Positions 45,620-47,722 of a stretch of DNA of 47,722 bases are shown piece after piece. How positions within the stretch are numbered: the first letter of the stretch is position 1; the number at the start of each line of letters is the position of its first letter. The stretch is from positions 1 through 47,722 of the forward strand of contig JBIOTN010000005.1 of the NCBI GenBank assembly GCA_044866005.1, given 5' to 3'. Source of the stretch: Candidatus Rokuibacteriota bacterium. GTDB taxonomy: Bacteria; Methylomirabilota; Methylomirabilia; Rokubacteriales; DASRDR01. The position numbers and the translations under genes were made by a program. Below the pieces are notes generated by a model. It had not been told where the DNA came from and made no database searches. It worked only from the letters and a program-made list of their open reading frames with translations.

Positions 45620-46785
45620 GCGAGCTCGAGCAACCGACGGCCGGCATCCAGCAGCACGTCGTCGGTCTTCGGGAAGCAGAAGCGGATCTTCGTCCGGCCG
45701 AGCTCGGGGTGCGCGTAGAAGGAGGAGCCCGGGACGGTCGCGACGCCGACCTTCCTGACGAGGTGCATCGCGAACGCGGTATCGTCCGGCAGGCCGAGCC
45801 GCTCGAGGAAGTGCGCGCACTCCGTCAGCACGTAGTAGGCGCCGCGCGGCACGAAGATCCGGAAGCCGGCCTTCGTGAGGAGCGGGCAGAGGAGGTCGCG
45901 CCGGGCCTGATAGGCCTCGCGGAGGCTCGCGTAGTAGCTGTCGGGGAAGGTCAGCGCGGTCACCGCCGCCTCCTGGAGCGGCGCCGGCGCGCCCACCGTC
46001 ACGAAGTCGTGGGCCCGGCGGATGCCGACGGCGATCTCCGGCGAGCTGATCGTGTACCCGATCCGCCACCCCGTCACCGAATAGGACTTGGACACGCCCG
46101 AGATCGTGACCGTCCGCTCCGCCATGCCGGGCAGCGTGGCGATCGGAACGTGTCGCGCGCCGTCGAAGACGATGTGCTCGTAGATCTCGTCCGTGATCGC
46201 GAGCACGTCGTGCCGGACGCACAGCTCCGCGATCGTCTCGAGCTCCCCCAACCCGAACACCTTGCCCGTCGGGTTGTTGGGGCTGTTGAAGACGATCGCC
46301 TTGGTCCGTGGCGTGAACGCGCGCGCGAGCCGCTCGGGATCGAAGGTGAAGTCCGGGGGCTCCAGGGGCACGTAGATCGGCTTCGCCCCGGCGATGATCG
46401 CGCCGGGCCCGTAGTTCTCGTAGAACGGCTCGAAGATGACGATCTCGTCCCCGGCATCGAGCACCGCCAGCAGGGTCGAGAGCATGGCCTCGGTCGAGCC
46501 GCAGCAGACCGTCACCTGCCGCTCCGGGTCGACCGCCTGCCCGTAGAAGCGCTCGAACTTGGCGGCGATCGCCTCCCGCAGGTTGCGGGCGCCCCAGGTG
46601 ATCGCGTACTGGTGGAAGTCGCCGTCGAGGGCGCGGTGGGCGGCGTCGACCAGCTCCTTGGGCGGGGGGAAGTTCGGGAAACCCTGCGCCAGGTTGACGC
46701 CGCCGTACTCGGCGTTCACCCGCGTCATCTCGCGGATGACGGATTCCGTGAACCCCTGGACGCGCCGCGAGATCGGCCCGCTCAC
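45607..46785 (-). CDS. PLP-dependent aminotransferase class I/II (YbdL/methionine aminotransferase-like)
   Basis: NLAQGFP, EPFYENY, NSPNNPTG, TDEIYE, SKSYSVTGWRIGY, RFCF; GTG start 46785. Confidence 0.93.
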   Translation of the reverse strand: MSGPISRRVQGFTESVIREMTRVNAEYGGVNLAQGFPNFPPPKELVDAAHRALDGDFHQYAITWGARNLREAIAAKFERFYGQAVDPERQVTVCCGSTEAMLSTLLAVLDAGDEIVIFEPFYENYGPGAIIAGAKPIYVPLEPPDFTFDPERLARAFTPRTKAIVFNSPNNPTGKVFGLGELETIAELCVRHDVLAITDEIYEHIVFDGARHVPIATLPGMAERTVTISGVSKSYSVTGWRIGYTISSPEIAVGIRRAHDFVTVGAPAPLQEAAVTALTFPDSYYASLREAYQARRDLLCPLLTKAGFRIFVPRGAYYVLTECAHFLERLGLPDDTAFAMHLVRKVGVATVPGSSFYAHPELGRTKIRFCFPKTDDVLLDAGRRLLELAPGR

Positions 46786-46831
46786 GGGGCGAACCCCGGC
46801 AACGCGAGCCGGGCATCCGGCGGGTGCCCGC

Positions 46832-47596
46832 TCATGGACGCCCCGCGCCCCCGCACGCGGCACACGCGGGATCCCGGCGCACCGCGACCCGCGCGATCGT
46901 GCCGGCGCGCCCGTCGTAGAGGCAGAGCTCGCCCGTCGCCGCCGGCTGCCCCAGGCAGAGCTTGAGGGCCTCGATCGCCTGAAGGCTCCCCACGACGCCG
47001 GCCACGGGACCCAGGATCCCGGCGTCCTGGCACGAGGGAACCGCGCCGGCGGGCGGCGCGGCGGGGACGGCGCAGCGATAGCACGCACCCTCGCCCGGCC
47101 GGACGACCAGGAGCTGACCGTCCCAGCCCACGATTCCGGCCACGACGACCGGGAGCCCGAGCGCGACGCACGTGTCGTTGACCAGGAGCTTGGTCTCCAG
47201 GCTGTCCGAGCCCTCCACGACCACGCCATAGCCCGAGAGGAGGCCCACCACGTTCTCGGCCGAGACGCGCGCGCGGTGCGCGACCACGCGGACGTCCGGG
47301 TTCAGGTCCTCCAGACGGCCCTGGGCGGAATCGACCTTCGGTCGGTCCAGGTCCTTCGTGCCGTGCAGGATCTGGCGGTTGAGGTTCGAGAGCTCCACCG
47401 CGTCCGGATCCACGAGCCCGAGCGTGCCCACGCCCGCCGCCGCCAGGTAGAGCGCGGCGGCGGACCCCAGTCCACCGGCCCCCACCACCAGGACGCGGGC
47501 CTCGAAAAGCCGGCGCTGCCCGGCGCCGCCGACCTCGGCGAGGATCAGCTGCCGGCTGTACCGTCTCAGCTGCTCGTCCGTCAAGCCCACATTCAA
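46832..47596 (-). CDS. moeB: MoeB/ThiF/HesA-family adenylyltransferase
   Basis: RYSRQLIL, GAGGLGS, SNLNRQ, CYRC, SCQDAGILG, CAAC; start TTG 47596 (RBS AGGAG) or GTG 47590. Confidence 0.9.
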   Translation of the reverse strand: MNVGLTDEQLRRYSRQLILAEVGGAGQRRLFEARVLVVGAGGLGSAAALYLAAAGVGTLGLVDPDAVELSNLNRQILHGTKDLDRPKVDSAQGRLEDLNPDVRVVAHRARVSAENVVGLLSGYGVVVEGSDSLETKLLVNDTCVALGLPVVVAGIVGWDGQLLVVRPGEGACYRCAVPAAPPAGAVPSCQDAGILGPVAGVVGSLQAIEALKLCLGQPAATGELCLYDGRAGTIARVAVRRDPACAACGGAGRP

Positions 47597-47722
47597 TGTT
47601 TGCACTCCTGGTGGCAACAGGACCGGGCCGAGACCCGAGCACCGGTAGGACGCAGGGAGGAAGCGAGGCGTATGCCGGCCCCCCCCACCCGGCCCTATGA
47701 GGAGGCCCGCCGACGACCCCAG

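Noticed and set aside
46782..47642. Alternative 286-aa ORF over moeB
   Set aside because: Arg/Gly/Pro-rich off-frame translation; the 46832 frame carries all MoeB motifs.

Overview
A very GC-rich, gene-dense bacterial chromosome segment with about 43 protein genes and one tRNA-Ala(CGC). All genes but one small ORF lie on the minus strand. The gene content and the style of intergenic palindromes are compatible with a Rokubacteria/Methylomirabilota-like organism (inference only). In transcription order (high to low coordinates): moeB/thiF-like, PLP aminotransferase, glycerate kinase, rlmN, mtaB, mtnP, pfkB kinase; then nickel-pincer cofactor genes larE-larB...larC (no larA), split by a ThDP decarboxylase, a DUF4242 protein and an atypical class III cyclase-TPR protein. 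Next comes a form II cox-like Mo-hydroxylase operon (coxG-S-L-M-mocA-coxD-coxE-xdhC) with phoX embedded, a sigma54-preceded lipoprotein plus membrane/TPR protein, a Moco-binding protein and sufU-sufS. These are followed by a NitT/TauT ABC transporter plus ureohydrolase operon interrupted by an alpha2 glycyl-tRNA synthetase, nfeD-SPFH, a GT-C-like membrane protein with an ILEI domain, tRNA-Ala, Ku plus a small basic protein, and a His-less pseudo-histidine kinase with a REC-HD-GYP regulator and a HIT protein. Best candidates for undescribed biology: the DUF4242/cyclase-TPR module inside the lar cluster, the pseudokinase/HD-GYP pair, a 173-nt rod-like intergenic hairpin, and dispersed palindromic repeats, one of which forms the RlmN C-terminus. 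No integrase, transposase, CRISPR or rRNA was seen. All protein calls come from motif recognition by eye, not database searches.
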